Source: Azolla caroliniana (Eukaryota; Plantae; Polypodiophyta). Taken from it: a DNA stretch of 64,000 nucleotides. The stretch spans positions 21,576,001-21,640,000 of the forward strand of contig JBHGNT010000008.1 in the NCBI GenBank assembly GCA_043228905.1. The letters run 5' to 3'. Positions 1 through 15,459 of this stretch are shown here, in pieces (the first letter of the stretch is position 1; each line of letters starts with the position of its first letter). A program made the position numbers and the translations under genes. Under the pieces are notes generated by a model that did no database searches, was not told where the DNA came from, and worked only from the letters and a program-made list of their open reading frames with translations.

Positions 1-1060
1 TAGCTTGACGATGAGTCAAGATGCAACATGTGCCCAAGCTCTAATACACTTGGGCTCATAAATTTCCAACATAACATGGCTACCCATGTTTATATTTGAT
101 CTTATGGTATATGAAATTGTAAAAGGGACAATGTCCATGTGTAAATTTGTTGATAGTTGAGATTTGGAATGAGATGTAAAATTATATTGTAATAGGGTTT
201 GAATTGGACTTGATTTGAGCACATTAACTTAATAATAATAAAGCATAACATATACATTAAATCTTACTCTATTTTAAGTACATGTCGTCTACTTAATTTC
301 CTTTCATTCCAAGATGGAGACATGGATATCAATGCCCAAACAACAAGTGCTATACAAAGAAAAAAGTGGCTAAAGAGAAGAGAATTCAAGAAATAAGACT
401 ATATCTATTTAGTTGTAATTTGTAAAGACTATAGAAATAATTTTTAGACTTTTTCTAAGGGCTGATTTATCCTTTATCAACTAAGCTAGAGCTTAAGTCT
501 TCTAATCTTGTTTCTTTTCGCCCATAAATAATGCCTTTCATTATTAAAGAAAAGCAACAACATGACTAACTTACAACAAACTATAGAGCTCTAGGGATCT
601 AAATACTACTATGAGCTCAATCCCATTCGACACACCAATTCAAATGGCGAATATGATGACATGTCACCTTGCACAACTAGCTCTCTTAAGGTCGAGATTC
701 TGTCACACTTCTAACATTGGCAATTGCCACTAAAGAAGTTCTTTTAACTTTACAACATATTTTCTGACCTTAACTTGCGATTCAAAAGTAAATGCATTCT
801 GGATATTCCAATTCAACCATAGCCCCAAACACCTCAAGAACTCAAAAATAATTTGGAAATGACACATTACTACATTGTTCTCCATATGCACGAAAACCCA
901 ATTGAATGAAGATCAATTTACTCCAATCAGAGACATCCACATTAAATTTATATACCTCCAAACCATTCTCACCATTAGGCATGAAAGAATCAATACCTAC
1001 TATGTTCCAATTCAACTGAATGTCTAAATGTTTCTTTTGTTTAATGCATATCCCAATTTG

Positions 1061-1270
1061 CAATCGTCAATGGTTCGGTTCGAGAGTGTCAAACTCAAAT
1101 AATTTAAAACCCAACTGTTTATAAAAATTAAAACTTAAACCGAACCATGAAATTGTTTAAACTAAACTGTTACAAAAAACTCAAGCTCAAACCAAATGGT
1201 TTTAGAGACTTTCAAACCTTTGAATTGTTAAACCATTAAAACCACAATTTTGTGGTTCGGGTTTGGTTTT
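1061..1270. repeat. Degenerate AT-rich repeat with AAACCGAACC/GGTTCGG motifs, related to the MITE-like element at 61951-62410
   Basis: caatcgtcaatggttcggttcgagagtgtcaaac resembles the reverse complement of 62365-62408; repeated aaacc motifs. Confidence 0.45.
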
Positions 1271-2339
1271 GTCCTTTCTTGTCTTTTTAATTGAGTAGTA
1301 AGGTCTATTAATTACATTTCTTAGACACTTTAGTGTAGAGAATAGTTAATATAGTTTGCCTAATGATTAAAACTAAGGTTAACAATTAGTGGAATATGGA
1401 AAATGATTCCTAAATTGAAAGGAAATGTTTATTCTTCCTACCACATAAAACAAATCAAACAAATCCTCTTGCCATACAAACCTATAATAGATACTACAAC
1501 TTTTAGGTTAACACTTAATGGCCAAGCTTGGATAGGGTTTAAAACTCTCATTGAAGACACTTATGTCAACAACAAATTCATATGTTCTCATTGAAATGAG
1601 AAGCAATAAAGCCATTACAAGACTACGCTATACACACAAAGAACCAACACCACAAATGTGAGGTTGCAGACAAATTGTTTGATGAAAACTCATGAATAGA
1701 TAATAGATTCACTCTATGTGTACATGATAAGATGTTATATAATTTCTTACTAGGTCAAAGGTGTAAGTTATTCTTTGAAACTTTGTCGATGGTCGTGGTC
1801 ATGAAAAATTCCAACCACTCTAGCTACAAACCTAGGAGGGGTAGTGACACAAAATACACCCACAAAGCCACATTGGCCAACAAACCGCATGCAAGAAAAT
1901 ATTAGGTGCACAACATGCCAGGGTTATCACATTGGCCAATCTAGAGCTCGATATGGTAACCTTTCTTGTTGAACACAAGTTGGCGTTAGCTAACCACCTA
2001 TCAAACTTGACTTGCTTTCATCCTGGGTCTTGGTTCAGTTTATTCCTGGTCATTGAGGGTGTCATATATCATTAGAGAAGGTTACCAAACCTCCTAACGT
2101 AGGGAAAACATAAATAAAAACCTAGTGAAGCATTAGCTTAGGATGGAATAAACTTTCCAAATAGAAACTTGCTCAAGAAGAAGCTAACTCACCACAATAG
2201 CCGTACAATCATCAATTGGAGCACCAAGTTGATATGGCAAACCAATGATGACAAGCTATAACATAATGTAACATTTGGTGGTATGGGATACCTACAATCT
2301 TTTATATTCGTTTCATGTCCTTCACTGAGGGATGGTCGA

Positions 2340-2774
2340 TGTGGTTAAGCACCCTTAATCCATTATTGTCCTTAATCTCTTATTCTTTTGCTCATAATTA
2401 GTTCGACATATAATATTTTGTTTCAAAGCTATCCTACCCTAAACCCATTAAAATTAGCTAAAGATTTGGCATGCAAGGTTATGATTATAGCAACTAAGCT
2501 AAATGAGTTCCAAACTTCCAAGTATAAATAAAAGCAGTAGGTTTCTTTATCTTTGTGGTTAAGCACCCTTAATCCATTATTGTCCTTAATCTCTTATTCT
2601 TTTGCTCATAATTAGTTCAACGTATAATATTTTGTTTCAAAGCTATCCTACCCTAAACCCATTAAAATTAGCTAAAGATTTGGCATGCAAGGTTATGATT
2701 ATAGCAACTAAGCTAAATGAGTTCCAAACTTCCAAGTATAAATAAAAGCAATAGGTTTCTTTATCTTTGTGGTT
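2340..2774. repeat. Near-perfect tandem duplication, 2 x 214 bp
   Basis: gtggttaagcacccttaatcc... starts at 2341 and again at 2555; few mismatches. Confidence 0.9.
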
Positions 2775-5700
2775 TCATATGTTAGTAAAAAACCAAGAAG
2801 CAACTTTACTTGACCTTATTAAGTGGATACAAAACTAATATAGCGTGTTGCCTCTTGGTTAGTAGTGAGTGCAATGTAGTGGATTGTACATAAATACAAT
2901 CAGTACAACCGTATTCACTAATGGAAAACCATCTTTTGACCACATTCTCAACATGTGTGAGACCACATATACTGATAGTATTTAGTAACAACTTTGGGCT
3001 AGCTACCCTAGAAGCCAATAATTAACTCATCTGCCTTCAACAAACCTGTTTTTACTCATGAGAGTATGCTTGAATACATGAAAAGGCACTCAAAGGGACA
3101 TCAAAATTATTAATTTTATACAAAAAACATATTTGTGGGAGATTGAATTCAATAGGATAAAATTCAAGCATCATGATATGTTCATACGTTTTCCAAAAGA
3201 AAAAGTGGATTGCCTATAAAAGCTAGTGGTCTACATCATCCTAGTGGAATATCTCGACAAATTCATTTACTATGGTGCGACATATGTTATACAACCTTTG
3301 TAGGCCACAATACTCTATTTTTGTTTTTCTTGGGTAGTAAAACATTGTTGCCATTGATGTCTCGTAAGATTCGTGTGTATGTAAATGTGGTAAGTATTTT
3401 GCATGGAGCTTTATAAAAAGCTCTTTGGATATTGTGCTTTATAATATCATGTATGATTCTATCAAGTTGTATGAGTATGCATGATGACAATAGATACAAA
3501 ATTACATAATAATCCAAGTTTCCTTTAGTGCCACTTCAATGTGTTACACTTCAAATTTCCAAACATAAGGTGGGGTACACTTTCTACTCCATTCAACAAA
3601 TGGATTCATACTTTCTAGATATGAAAACCATGACTTGTTGACACTACCTAGTATGAATATGATCAGGCATGGAAGGGCCAATGTGAATCTGACACACATT
3701 AGTTATGCAATAAATTTGAAAGGAATAATGCTTCAAGGTTATTGAATTATTGTTTTAATTTCTTAGGCGCTTACATAATCATGACTTCGACACCCTTTGA
3801 AAACTAACACATGATTGCATAAGCATTCAAACATGAACACAAGTACATACCCTGCACTTTACCTCATCAACCATCCTGTAACCCATGATTCTAAATTCCA
3901 CCATATTGTCGTGCAAATTGGCCCTTCATACAATACACTCATAGAGAGGGAACGTTTGTTTGGAAAGTTACTAGTTATCTATTGTGAAAACTACATGATA
4001 AATTAGCTATGATAGAAATGTTCACATCAAACAATCATACCTCCTAAACACAGATCCGTTTCTTTGTCATTATGAATCTTGTACGGAATAATTGATAAAT
4101 GCAAATGCGCTTTAATGATATTTGATGCAACCTGTGTAGCATGTCAATGTCTTGCATGATATAATTTTCCGTAATGAGTTCATTATCGCGTACATGAAAG
4201 AACGTTATAAAGTGTCACACTTTGAACAATTTAATCATTGGCAACTTTTTGTTTGGCTTTAGACACATGTTTAGTGTCAAATTTTGAATATTGTGATCAC
4301 CGAGTAACTTAACAAAAGTGATGTACATGAGTGAAATGTTTTGGGTATAATGCAACTATAAAGGACAAGTTTCCTTTGCTTCAAAATATTTGACATAAAC
4401 TTTTGTTCATTGTGTTGTAAGTGGGTGAAATTTCAAAATGTGCAGTTTGTGTCACTAGAAATGTAGTGTAGCTTGTCAATTAAATTTGAGGATGAAGGCT
4501 TAATCTATTGTCACACATGGCCGCGAGAGCTTTATCTAAGCTAAGTATGTATAGTTTAGGAAGAAAAGCTCACTCAAATTTCATTAGTACCTGTTAAGTT
4601 ATGTACTATTTATGATTTAGTTACATTTAATTTTATGAGCCAATTTATGAAAGTAATCCATAAATTGTATTATATTGAAATGACTCTAGACAATAAAGAC
4701 TCTTTAAGGTCAAGAAACCCAAAGATATAGGTTGAGAGTGAGGCATATGCGCATTCAAGATGCACATGCTAAAGAACCACACTTACAAATATGTATGCTC
4801 TCTTTAAACAAAAAAAAAGTGGTTAGTCAGTGCACTTTCATGACATTCTAAGGTAAAAAGAAATGAGAGGTGAAAAGAAATGAGATCGCCTGCCTTTCCA
4901 TAAGACACTCATGTTTCTTGATTAAATATATATCATGAATTAGATGCATGTTAAGTAATTATAGTAGTTCCTTCTTTGTTTGTATGCTCTTATCTCATTT
5001 GTTCTCTTGAGGCGAGATTAAAATTTCCCTCTTTATTCTCATGTCTTCTTAAAGTAATATTATCAACCAAGATTAATGAAATTAACATCATTTGAGGAAG
5101 TTTTGTCATTGTGATGAATTCAACACATGGTGTGCATTGTGACCAAACCTTGCCTTATGAACTAATCTCAAGGGTGTGTAAAAGAAGGAAAACAATCATA
5201 AACATCAACAACATTCTCGCCACGAATAGTTTACCTTATCTACCTCGATGTTTGACTTGCAAGAATGCATGTCAAAGAAAGGTAAACAATTCCACATGCA
5301 AGGCCATGAACAATAACCTAAGTTAGATGTTCATGTATCATGTGCAACAACTATTTGGTTGATGTTCATGTTCACGAAAACCACAATAATTTGGCCTCGG
5401 CATGCATGTATACTACGATATCTCTATGTCATCGTCAATGTGATGGACCCCATGTAGCAAACTCCTCAACTCATCATATGCACAAAGGGGGATGTAACAT
5501 GTTTAACATCCCAACCATCCCATATATAGCATGCCCTAGGTAGAGCATGCATGTGCTTGGATTCATCAAAATTATAACCAAAACAAATACTACGCGATGA
5601 AATAAAAAAAGATACTACATGGAGAAAAGGTTTAGGGAAAAAGGGATGCACTATCTTGTCTTAGGGAAGTGGCAAGGTGTCTTGGAAAAAAATACAAACA

Positions 5701-6978
5701 TATTCATTCTCGAGGGTTCTTCGTAGACATGATGTCATTGCCGCGAACCAAGAAATAAAGTCATGATACAAGTGCACTATGAGAAACGAAATAAAACCAC
5801 AGTGATGTACATCTCAAGTAGCAGGTTGACGGAACTAGAAAACAACATTTGATTGAATGAAAGGACACCAAGACAAGGTGTGGAGTATAAATTCAATCAC
5901 TTCAACATACAAACATATTGAACGATTGAATGATATTTCTATGCTGAGAATGTTACATTCGATGAATAGAAAATGCTGCAAAAAGGCCATGAAAAACGTG
6001 TTGATATAATGTATGGTGCCTACTCATGACCGATGCAAAAATGATCCATCAACTAAAGTTTTGGGTCAAAGCTTAATTCATAGTTTCCGTCAAAACACTT
6101 TTCTTGACATTAGCTTGCTTAAACATATAGAGACCACTTTACCATGAATGGTAAGGATAGGTAGAGGTTGATAATTGACACCTTGCACACATAACCCCTA
6201 TGCTCTAATGGAATCCAATGCTACAATTTGCATGCGCAATACATAGTAAGGTATAAATAAATGAATTATAAGATATGCATAAGGTAGTTCTTATTGACCC
6301 AAGCCAACCAAAAATATTAAGTCATGGTGAGCTAGTAAGAGGAAAGAACATAATGGTTATTAGCGTAAATAGTACAGGGTTTGGACTAAAGTTACCAAAC
6401 AAAAGGACGATAAAATTATGTGCAAATTCTCAATAAAGTTTCCAATATCCAAATCATGAAAAGTGTCAATTGCATGTAGTTAGTTAGCATCGATTTTGAT
6501 TTTCAACCTCATCCTAGGTCTAATTGTTTGAAAATCAAGTTACTAACTAATCAATAATTAGCAATATACAACTGGAGTTTGATTATTGGTCATTGTGATG
6601 GCGTGTGTAAATAAAGAAAAAATTTCATAATAGTGTGCCACGGGTATTATTGACAAACCCTAAAACTAAAGAGTACCAATATGAGTCCTCTATAGCACAA
6701 ATAATGTACAAGTTATTGGTACAAAGCTCTTTTTCAATGTGGAACACTTGGTATAAGCTCTTTTTTCTGTTGGAACTTTTTATCTATGACGTGTTCATAC
6801 CTAGGCTCTCTTTCTACGGGGGTGAAGTGATGGTGTCTTGTGGGGTAAGGACAATGAAAGATCTACGACTTCTATGAGGTGAAATAATAAAGGAAAATCC
6901 CACCTTGAGGATTATTCTAAGATTCTACCCATGGCAATTACAAGAAGAAACACTCCCGGACAAATTTATCTCGCGAAT

Positions 6979-7247
6979 GTTAGTTTTGTAATTTATTCAT
7001 ATAATATGAATCCATATCAATATCAGTTTTGTAATTGATTCATAATATGAATCCATATTAGTATCAGTTTTGTAATTGATTCATAATATGAATCCATATT
7101 AGTATCAAATTTGTAATTGATTCATAATATGAATCCATATCAGTTTTGTAATTTATTTATAATATGAATCCATAGATTTAATACAACAATTAGAATATGA
7201 TACTCTGTGAGTGTTAGTTTTGTAATTTATTCATAATATGAATCCAT
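6979..7247. repeat. Minisatellite, ~41-bp unit (agttttgtaattgattcataatatgaatccatat), about 6 copies
   Basis: Repeated units visible; each contains the palindrome ATTCATA-A-TATGAAT. Confidence 0.8.
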
Positions 7248-8069
7248 AGTTAATTTAATACAACATTAAAATATGAGATTAAGGTAAATTTGTTTATTAT
7301 TTGCAAAGAAATGATTGGATTGAATAATCTGTGGAATTTACAGAATTGGGCCACAAAGTTAAAAATCCCCAATATTAATAAATAATAAATAATAAATTCT
7401 TTTATTAGAAGATAATAAAGAAATAAATAAGAAATAACTAATAATTGAAATCAATAAACATATAAGAATAAATAAAATGTTAAAATGATCTGTATTGTAT
7501 GCATATAAATCAATATATTGAAAATCTACAGAGTAATTAATTAGGAGAGATTGTGAGTAATTAGGAGTGATTTAGCAGTACTAATAATGATAATGATACA
7601 CAAATAAAATGAATAATGCTATTTAGTATGATGATGATAATGTTAATTATTATTAATAATTAATTAATTATACGAATATATTTGTTTTTATTTTGTGGAG
7701 CTTGTATGGTGAAGGGAATGAAGCCTGGTCCGACGCCCTAATTTAATTCGATCAACAAATTTAAATTGAGAAATCAATTAATCAATTGGCCTAAACACGA
7801 GTAATCCATATAATATGTGTATAGTGCTTGATTAATTAAGAGTGAAGGAACAGAAAGAGATAATTAGTCTCTCTCTATGTCTATAATTAGTTCTTCTTTG
7901 ATTCAATGACAGAAGACAAAGGAGTCACTAATGAAATTTTGTAAATTAATTAGTACACTTGATTAATTCAATGGAAGAGAACCTAGTAACCATTCATTAA
8001 TCTGCATATATTATTTAGCACTTAAATAAATTCAATGGATAAAAACAGAGGACAAATTCATCTGTGTAT

Positions 8070-8201
8070 ACTAATTAGTACTTGGGTTAATTCAATGAAA
8101 TAAAAACTAGCACACTAATTAATATATGCAAACATAAGTATACTAATTAGTAATTGGGTTAATTCAATGAAATAAAAACCAGCACACTAATTAATATATG
8201 C
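8070..8201. repeat. Direct duplication of ~62 bp (tactaattagt...atatatgca)
   Basis: Two copies about 70 bp apart. Confidence 0.7.
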
Positions 8202-11200
8202 ATACATAATCAGTGCTATAAAATATATAATCAATTTTTAATCAATTTTATAAAAAACAATCGAATGTATAAACAAACATAAATTTTTTACTCTGTCATT
8301 AATTAAATCAATGACTAAATAGAAATTTATATGTATAAATGTGTGTGTGTGTGTGATAGAAAATACTTACTATTAAGAATGAGAATCAAGTCATCAATAT
8401 ATACTTAAAAATCAAATTAAATAGATAATTAAAATATAGCCAGATCCATTGAGTAATGTGTAGCATAAAGATTATCAGTTTAAAATCTTACAAAAACGAT
8501 TAACTTAATCTGGTAAACTAAATCAAATAGGCATCGAGCCAGGCTTGATTCCCTCCAACAATCCATCCATCCATGGATATTATTGAATCAATTAGCTGTA
8601 GTTATTTCCTTACTTAATAATAGATCTAGCAAATCATGAGTCAAGAAACCCATTTTCAAAGCAAACATTTCAGATGAGAATAATTAGGCCTTATAAAAAT
8701 ATGATCTTAGATGTGATCTAATGTTATGAATTTAATATCTAGTTAAGAAAAGAGGAGCTAAACATTGAAGGAAAAAAACATACATATCTTCATGAATCTA
8801 TTGGCAAATGAATTGCTTCCTATATAGAGATATATTTATATAGGTATAAAGATATAAGAAGGGAGAGATTAACCCAAGCAAAAAAAAAGCAAAGGGGGGA
8901 AAAAAAAGCAACTTTAGTTTTGCCTAAAGAAGAAGCAAAAGTCTAAAAATGGGGTTATTAACTATAGACATCATAAAAGAATGCATGAAAGAGATTTGTG
9001 AGTGTGTGTGTATAACAAAAAAATCAATAAATCACACACAAGTGCCAAAAACAAACACTTACAAAGAAAAACTCTCATGAGTTTTTAGCATTATCAAAGA
9101 AAAGTCTAGCACATGCATGATGAATGGTGTGATGATATGATGGATATCAAAAGAGTACAATGATGGTGTTGCCTTTTCTTCCCCAAGACTCAAGACTCTG
9201 AGAGCGTAATTCGTTGCTTATATCAGCTCCGTGGTACCTGATTCGGACATCTCATGTTACCACATTGTCGTGCCAGGACGGGCCGTAACAAGTAATTAGG
9301 AGGATGACAAATGAATCACACATCCTTTCTCTAATAGAGAATTATGACTATTTCTACACTCGGAATCAACTCGTCGCCATGGTCATGACAACGATTATGT
9401 TGGCGGTAGTTCTTGGTACTGGTCGATTTGTTTACTAGTGTAACCATGCCATCCTGCATTGTCTAGAGTCTAGCCCATCAACTGAATATGTATGGTCATT
9501 ACTATGCATGTTTACACGCATCGAACATATCGGGTTTTTCCTCACAATGCTAAACTTATATTATGAGGGAATGTGTGTTTGCACATTCGTCCAAAGTTTA
9601 AAATATACAATGCTTCTATATTCCGGCTTGACATGTAGTGTGTTATGTCTACTTGTAGATGCATACTCTTCCTCCAACCCCAGATGCAAATCTATATGTG
9701 CATGATCTTGCAACACTTTTGTGTCTTCTATTCGAGGCTAAGGTATGTAATGTGTGTGGCCAAGACTCAATGTTTATATGATGTGGGTATTTGTGCTCAT
9801 GCAATGCTTTCCTAACATTCTTCAACACACATATAGATGTACCGTCTATATATCCATGGTACTTCTTGAAGGAACTTTGATGAAATAGTATGGGTATCTG
9901 TGTCCATGCACACACAACATAGTCGTACGTTTCTTTTTCTTAAATGAGGTTTGTTAGCGAATATGTGTCGAGATTTGTATCCATGCACATTCACTCTTTT
10001 ACATTGTTCTCCCTCTCCCATTCTCTCTCTCTCACACACAATTTGTTGATTTGTTAGCAATACATGTGGAACATATTTGGGTCACATACAATTTGTTTTG
10101 GAACACATTTGGCCTCACACACATTTCTATATTTTCTCTTAAGCTGTGACTTTTGGATTCTTGACCAATCCAAATCCATACTAAGGGAGTCCTTCACCTA
10201 TATTTTTAACACGAACAAGTAGTTTTATGTGTATAAATTCGAAGTTATATATTTTTATGCACCAAAACATGTAATATGTGATATTCGCCCTCATTTGAGA
10301 CCTCATGGTTCTATTGAAGTATTATCACCTTGAGTCATCGGGTTGTGGAAAGTGAAATTGTTTATACCCTTTTTCTTTCTGCAACTTTACACACCATTGA
10401 TCGCAAGCTCAAGGTTGCAAAGCACGAGCTTACCACTACAACGTATAGGAATTTTCTTACGGTAAGTAATATAAATCAATCAATACTTCGTAAGATCAAA
10501 TGGGTGGGGACGTTTCAAATCTCTTACATGATGTAAAAAGCTGAAAGACAATGATTTTAGCTTTTACTTTAGCACGTAGACGCTTGTTATTTTTCAATTC
10601 ACACTCATTACTAAACTAGTGTTCATTATGACTCTGAAAACGAATGAGCCTTTACATATACATGATCACATAAACATTTATGGTTCAGGGACCTCATGGT
10701 GCTAACGTAAATAAGTATTGCTTAACCAATGATTGTACACATATATTTTCTCATAATTTGCTAGATGTTTTGTGTGGATGCATGTATATGCCCATGTTTG
10801 TGTTTTTAGGCTCATAAGGATGAACTCCGCGAAATATATAAGGCTATGTACATAATTAATCATTATTATATGTATTATTAGGACATAGAAACACGATTTG
10901 TCCCACTCCATTATTATAACTAGTACATACCTTTGTAGAAAAGATTCACCAACATGCAATTTAAGGTTAACAAGTGAAAAATACCTTCAAAGACATATAC
11001 TTTTCAGTAAGCTACCCGAAACTATTAGAGAACAATATCTCATGATATATTAGGGTGTCACCCATACAAATAGCTTCTTGTTACATGTGTTTGTTTCTAG
11101 GATGTAGAAACACATTCTTACCTCATTCCATTGCTACACCACATTTGCCTTTGATTATATTTTTGCCAAAACTCTATCATAGCATAATACTTTATTAGTC

Positions 11201-13120
11201 GATTTAAAATCGTTCGTCAAAAGAACAACAGTAACGCGCATTTTGTACGTAGGGACATAGAAACATGTCTTTACCTAACTCCATTATTATAGCTTGTATG
11301 CCTCCCTAGAAAAAAGATTCGTCGACCTCTTAACGCAAAGTACAAAAACTAAAAATACTTCTAAAATATATATGCAATAAGTGGCCTATTGGAAATGGTT
11401 GAAAACAACATCACATGTTACAATAAAATTCCATCATTTGTCAATTACACATGAACTTTTTAAAGGTTTTACTAACTCACTTTTGCCGATATGTTGCATT
11501 CATATTATACGTACAGAACATATTAGAGTGAGAATGTGTAGTTTGTGTATACCACTTATAAATAATGTGTCCTTGAGTATGTTTGATATAACGTAGTAAT
11601 GGTTATATCTTGAAGGAGGAATAACGGTCAAATCATGTTTGACGTCCTTGTATTCAAAACAAAGATTGTTATTACTCTCTGATAAATAGATAATAGTATT
11701 CTATCTTTCATGAAATGTTGTTCCAATTTCCAAATGAAACTTGTTTGGAACTTGGAAGGGTTGGTTCACTCTATGGACCTTATGGTAAAATCATTTTCCC
11801 TTGATGAAACTATGCCACACTAACAAATAGTAAATCTAGTTATGGACATTTACCATCTTGTACCAACAAATGTTGTACTACCATGAGCATTTCGATCTCT
11901 TTGGTTATGGTGCTTCATCCCAACTCTTTTCATTGGATATGTTAAACATCTAAGTATAACATAAGGTAATATTCGGTTGTATTGGACATGAATGATATTC
12001 TATGTTTGTCATGTTCTTCGGTTGGAGGTGCTTAGTGTGGTTAAGCAACCTTAATCCATTCCTCTCCTAAGTCTAGTACTCTTTTGCACATCATTAGTTA
12101 CATCCATAATATTTGGTATTAGGCCATTCTAATTATTGTTTTTATCTCTTTTACTATTGTTTTCTTTGGAGCAATTAATGAGATTGTTGGTTTATCCAAG
12201 TGCAAAGCAATGTCAATTTTGTATTATTCTTTCTTTCTTTTTCTCAAATTTGACTTGAGGATTTTGCAATATAATGGTTAGCATTTTATTAAGATATTGT
12301 GGTGTGTCTTATGTGCATTTCACAATATCAATAAAAGGTTTGATATCTCAACATAAACGTTATTATCAAATGATATCTTATTTTGCATGTGAGTGTACAT
12401 TGTTTTTATTGATCATTACATAACTTTGATCGATTTTATTAATTGATCTTTAATAATTTTATCATGGTCTTTGATTTAATTGATTATTCGATCTTGAATC
12501 TTTTTTGTAAAATTTTCAATGCATCTTTTTACTTGATTGTCAATTGAACATTCTCGATCCTTAATCAATATTGTATTAACATTTTTAATCGATTATAACC
12601 TATTGATAACCATATGTTAATTATATAAAGATTAATCACGCATCTACACGTTTCTCATTTTGTGCTCATTTTATAACATTTTGGAGCTTTGCCCTTGGAC
12701 AAAAACAATGACCCTTCTTTTCTCATGCATCACTGCTTTTTTGGTTAGCATGCATCTATCCTTATCCTAGTGCCATTTGTTAGCATGCATGTCCTTATCC
12801 TAGCAAAGGCACTTAATGCTAACTAGCATGCTCATGTTATTTTTGTTGGCATGCATATATCCTTATCCTAGCTTGCGCCTAATGCTAACAAGCATGCTCA
12901 TTACCATGTTTGTACTCTAAACCCTTGAGTCAGACCTTTTTGGTCCAATGCCTCAAACATCTTCTCTAGAGCTTTATAAACCTTGATCTACTACAAACCT
13001 TAACCTTTATATGCTTTTCTCCCCTTGCACATGCCACATCATGACATCCACCCCACCACATGCACATACTCTAGTATGTCCCAAAGAAATAGGAAAGTTG
13101 TAAATCATGCCTCACACTCC

Positions 13121-13315
13121 TCATCCATTGGAGTCTGATTCTTGTTCAATGTCACCTCCATCTTCTTTAAAGTCATCGAGCTCTGGGCTTTCATCAAGGT
13201 GATTTTTGAAGACATTAAGTCTTAATTCTTTTCCCCTCACTATTGGCACTGTCATCCTTTTCCCATCAAGCTTAGCTAAATGGCATGTAGCATTATCATT
13301 TGCTTGATTTACCAT
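13121..13315 (-). pseudogene. Decayed gypsy integrase C-terminal fragment
   Basis: ANDNATCHLAKLDGKRMTVPI resembles ANDNGTYHLAELDGTRMAIPV in the integrase at 58231-59241. Confidence 0.65.
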
Positions 13316-13994
13316 TGTTAATTATTTGTCATCCAAGACACAAGTTATGGAGACAGTGGCACCAACAAGGGATATTGAGCTCAACAATACATTAGGAAAA
13401 AGGGGATATTGTAAACATCAATAGAAAGCTTTGTGACCAATGGGCACCATAGTATGAAAGGAATCCAGCCCCTTTATAAAAAACCATAAAATCAGTGTTT
13501 GGTGACTCTTGTAGCTCTTTTGAATTCTTGGTTTCTGTTGGGAACTCAACGCTCGTTATACGCAACGCTCGGCCACAACCAAGCTTAGAATCATACACAG
13601 AGAACGGGAAATGAAGAACGACACAATGGAAGAGAGGAGTACGCAGGATGTTAAACGTGGAAAACCCTAAACTAGGGGAAAAACCATGGCAGCCCATAGG
13701 ATGCAAACTATCACTAAGTTAGTATGTACAGCAGTGAGTTCACGGAGGCAACGACCTCGTGCTCACAATCTTCGCCACAGGCGGCGGTTACAACAGAGGC
13801 AACGACCTCTTTCTCTCTCTCTCTCTCTCTCTGTACACTGTTACGTGCTCTGATCTCACGCAGACAAGAAATAATAACAACAACAACAATGACTAAAAGT
13901 TTGCCCTAAGTCATATTTATACTAATATGACTTTTCGGCTATTTACAAATATAGCCTCGATGGACTCTCAGAAACATATTTGCAAATATGTCTC

Positions 13995-14215
13995 TTCATC
14001 CGGTTCTCACCGGGTCTGCACCATCCGGCTCTCCGTAGTCGGGTAATCCTCATCCGGTCTTCACCGGGTCTGCATCATCCGGCTCTCCGTAGCCGGGTAC
14101 TCCTCATCCGGTCTTCACCGGGTCTGCACCATTCGGCTCTCCGTAGCCGGGTACTCCTCATCCGGTCTTCACCGGGTCTGCATCATCCGGCTCTCCGTAG
14201 CCGGGTACTCCTCAT
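13995..14215. repeat. 54-bp tandem repeat, 4 copies, inside the copia LTR
   Basis: Unit catccggtcttcaccgggtctgcatcatccggctctccgtagccgggtactcct; shows as an 18-aa repeat in ORF 13980-14435. Confidence 0.9.
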
Positions 14216-15018
14216 ATGGTTTCGGCCTTGGCCGAGTTTGTTCATTAGCATTGTTCTTCTCGCTTCCCATCCGGAGGGACCTGTCTCCCAACAAACTCCC
14301 CCTTCACTCCGGCATGGGTGTCTTACTAGTCCGATCCTCTTCCGGCATGCATCCAACTTGTCGGGTATCAGCACTTTGGTCAGCATATCTGACCCGTTCT
14401 CGGCCGTGTGGATCTTCGTAAGTGCGAACTCCTAGTCATCTACTCTTTCCCGGATCCAGTGATATCTTCGCTGGATATGCTTCGTCCGGGAATGGTAGGC
14501 CGCATTCTTAGCAAGATGGATGACACTTTGGCTGTCACAATAGAGTCGATATTCATCTTGCCGGATACCGAGCTCTCCGATGAAGTCCTTCATCCATAAT
14601 ATTTCCTTGCCGGCTTCCACAGCTGCCTCTGTGGTTGACAATGCAACCGACTTCTACAGCCTCGACTGCCACGAAACAACTCCCCCTGCATATGTCATTA
14701 CATACCCGGATGTAGATCGGCTGGTATCCACATCAGCCGACATGTCCGAATAGGTGAAACCGTCAAGTTGAGGTTTTCCGGAGCCGAATCGGAGACACAT
14801 ATTTGAAGTGCCCTTCATATACCGGAGTATCCATTTGACTGCGTTCCAGTGCTCCTCGGCTGAGTTTGTTCATCAACACTGTTCTTCTCCCTTCCCATCC
14901 GGAGGGACCTGTCTCCCAACAAACTCCCCCTTCACTCCGGCATGGGGTGTCTTACTAGTCCGATCCTCTTCCGGCATGCATCCAACTTGTCGGGTATCAG
15001 CACTTTGGCCAGCATATC

Positions 15019-15459
15019 TTACCCATTCTCGGCTGTGTGGATCTTCGTCAGTGCGAACTCTTGGTCATCTACTCTTTCCCGGATCCAGTGATATCTTCGC
15101 TGGATATGCTTCGTCCGGGAATGGTAGGCTGCATTCTCAGCAAGATGGATGGCACTTTGATTGTCACAATAGAGTCGGTATTCATCTTGCCGGATACTGA
15201 GCTCTCTGATGAAGTCCTTCATCCATAATATTTCCTTGCCGGCTTCCACAGTTGCCATGTACTCCGCCTCCGTGGTTGACAATGCAACCGTCTTCTGCAG
15301 CCTCGACTGCCACGAAACAACTCCCCCTGCATATGTCATTACATATCCGGATGTAGACCGATTGGTATCCACATCAGCCGACATGTCCGAATCGGTGAAA
15401 CCGTCATGTTGAGGTTTTCCGGAGCCGAATCGGAGACACCTATTTGAAGTGCCCTTCAA
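15019..15459 (-). pseudogene. Copia RNase H fragment
   Basis: Closely similar to the C-terminus of the pol ORF at 37055-39982. Confidence 0.88.

Noticed and set aside
1-13100. Short ORFs of 60-90 aa as host genes
   Set aside because: No recognisable motifs or exon chain; AT-rich decayed sequence
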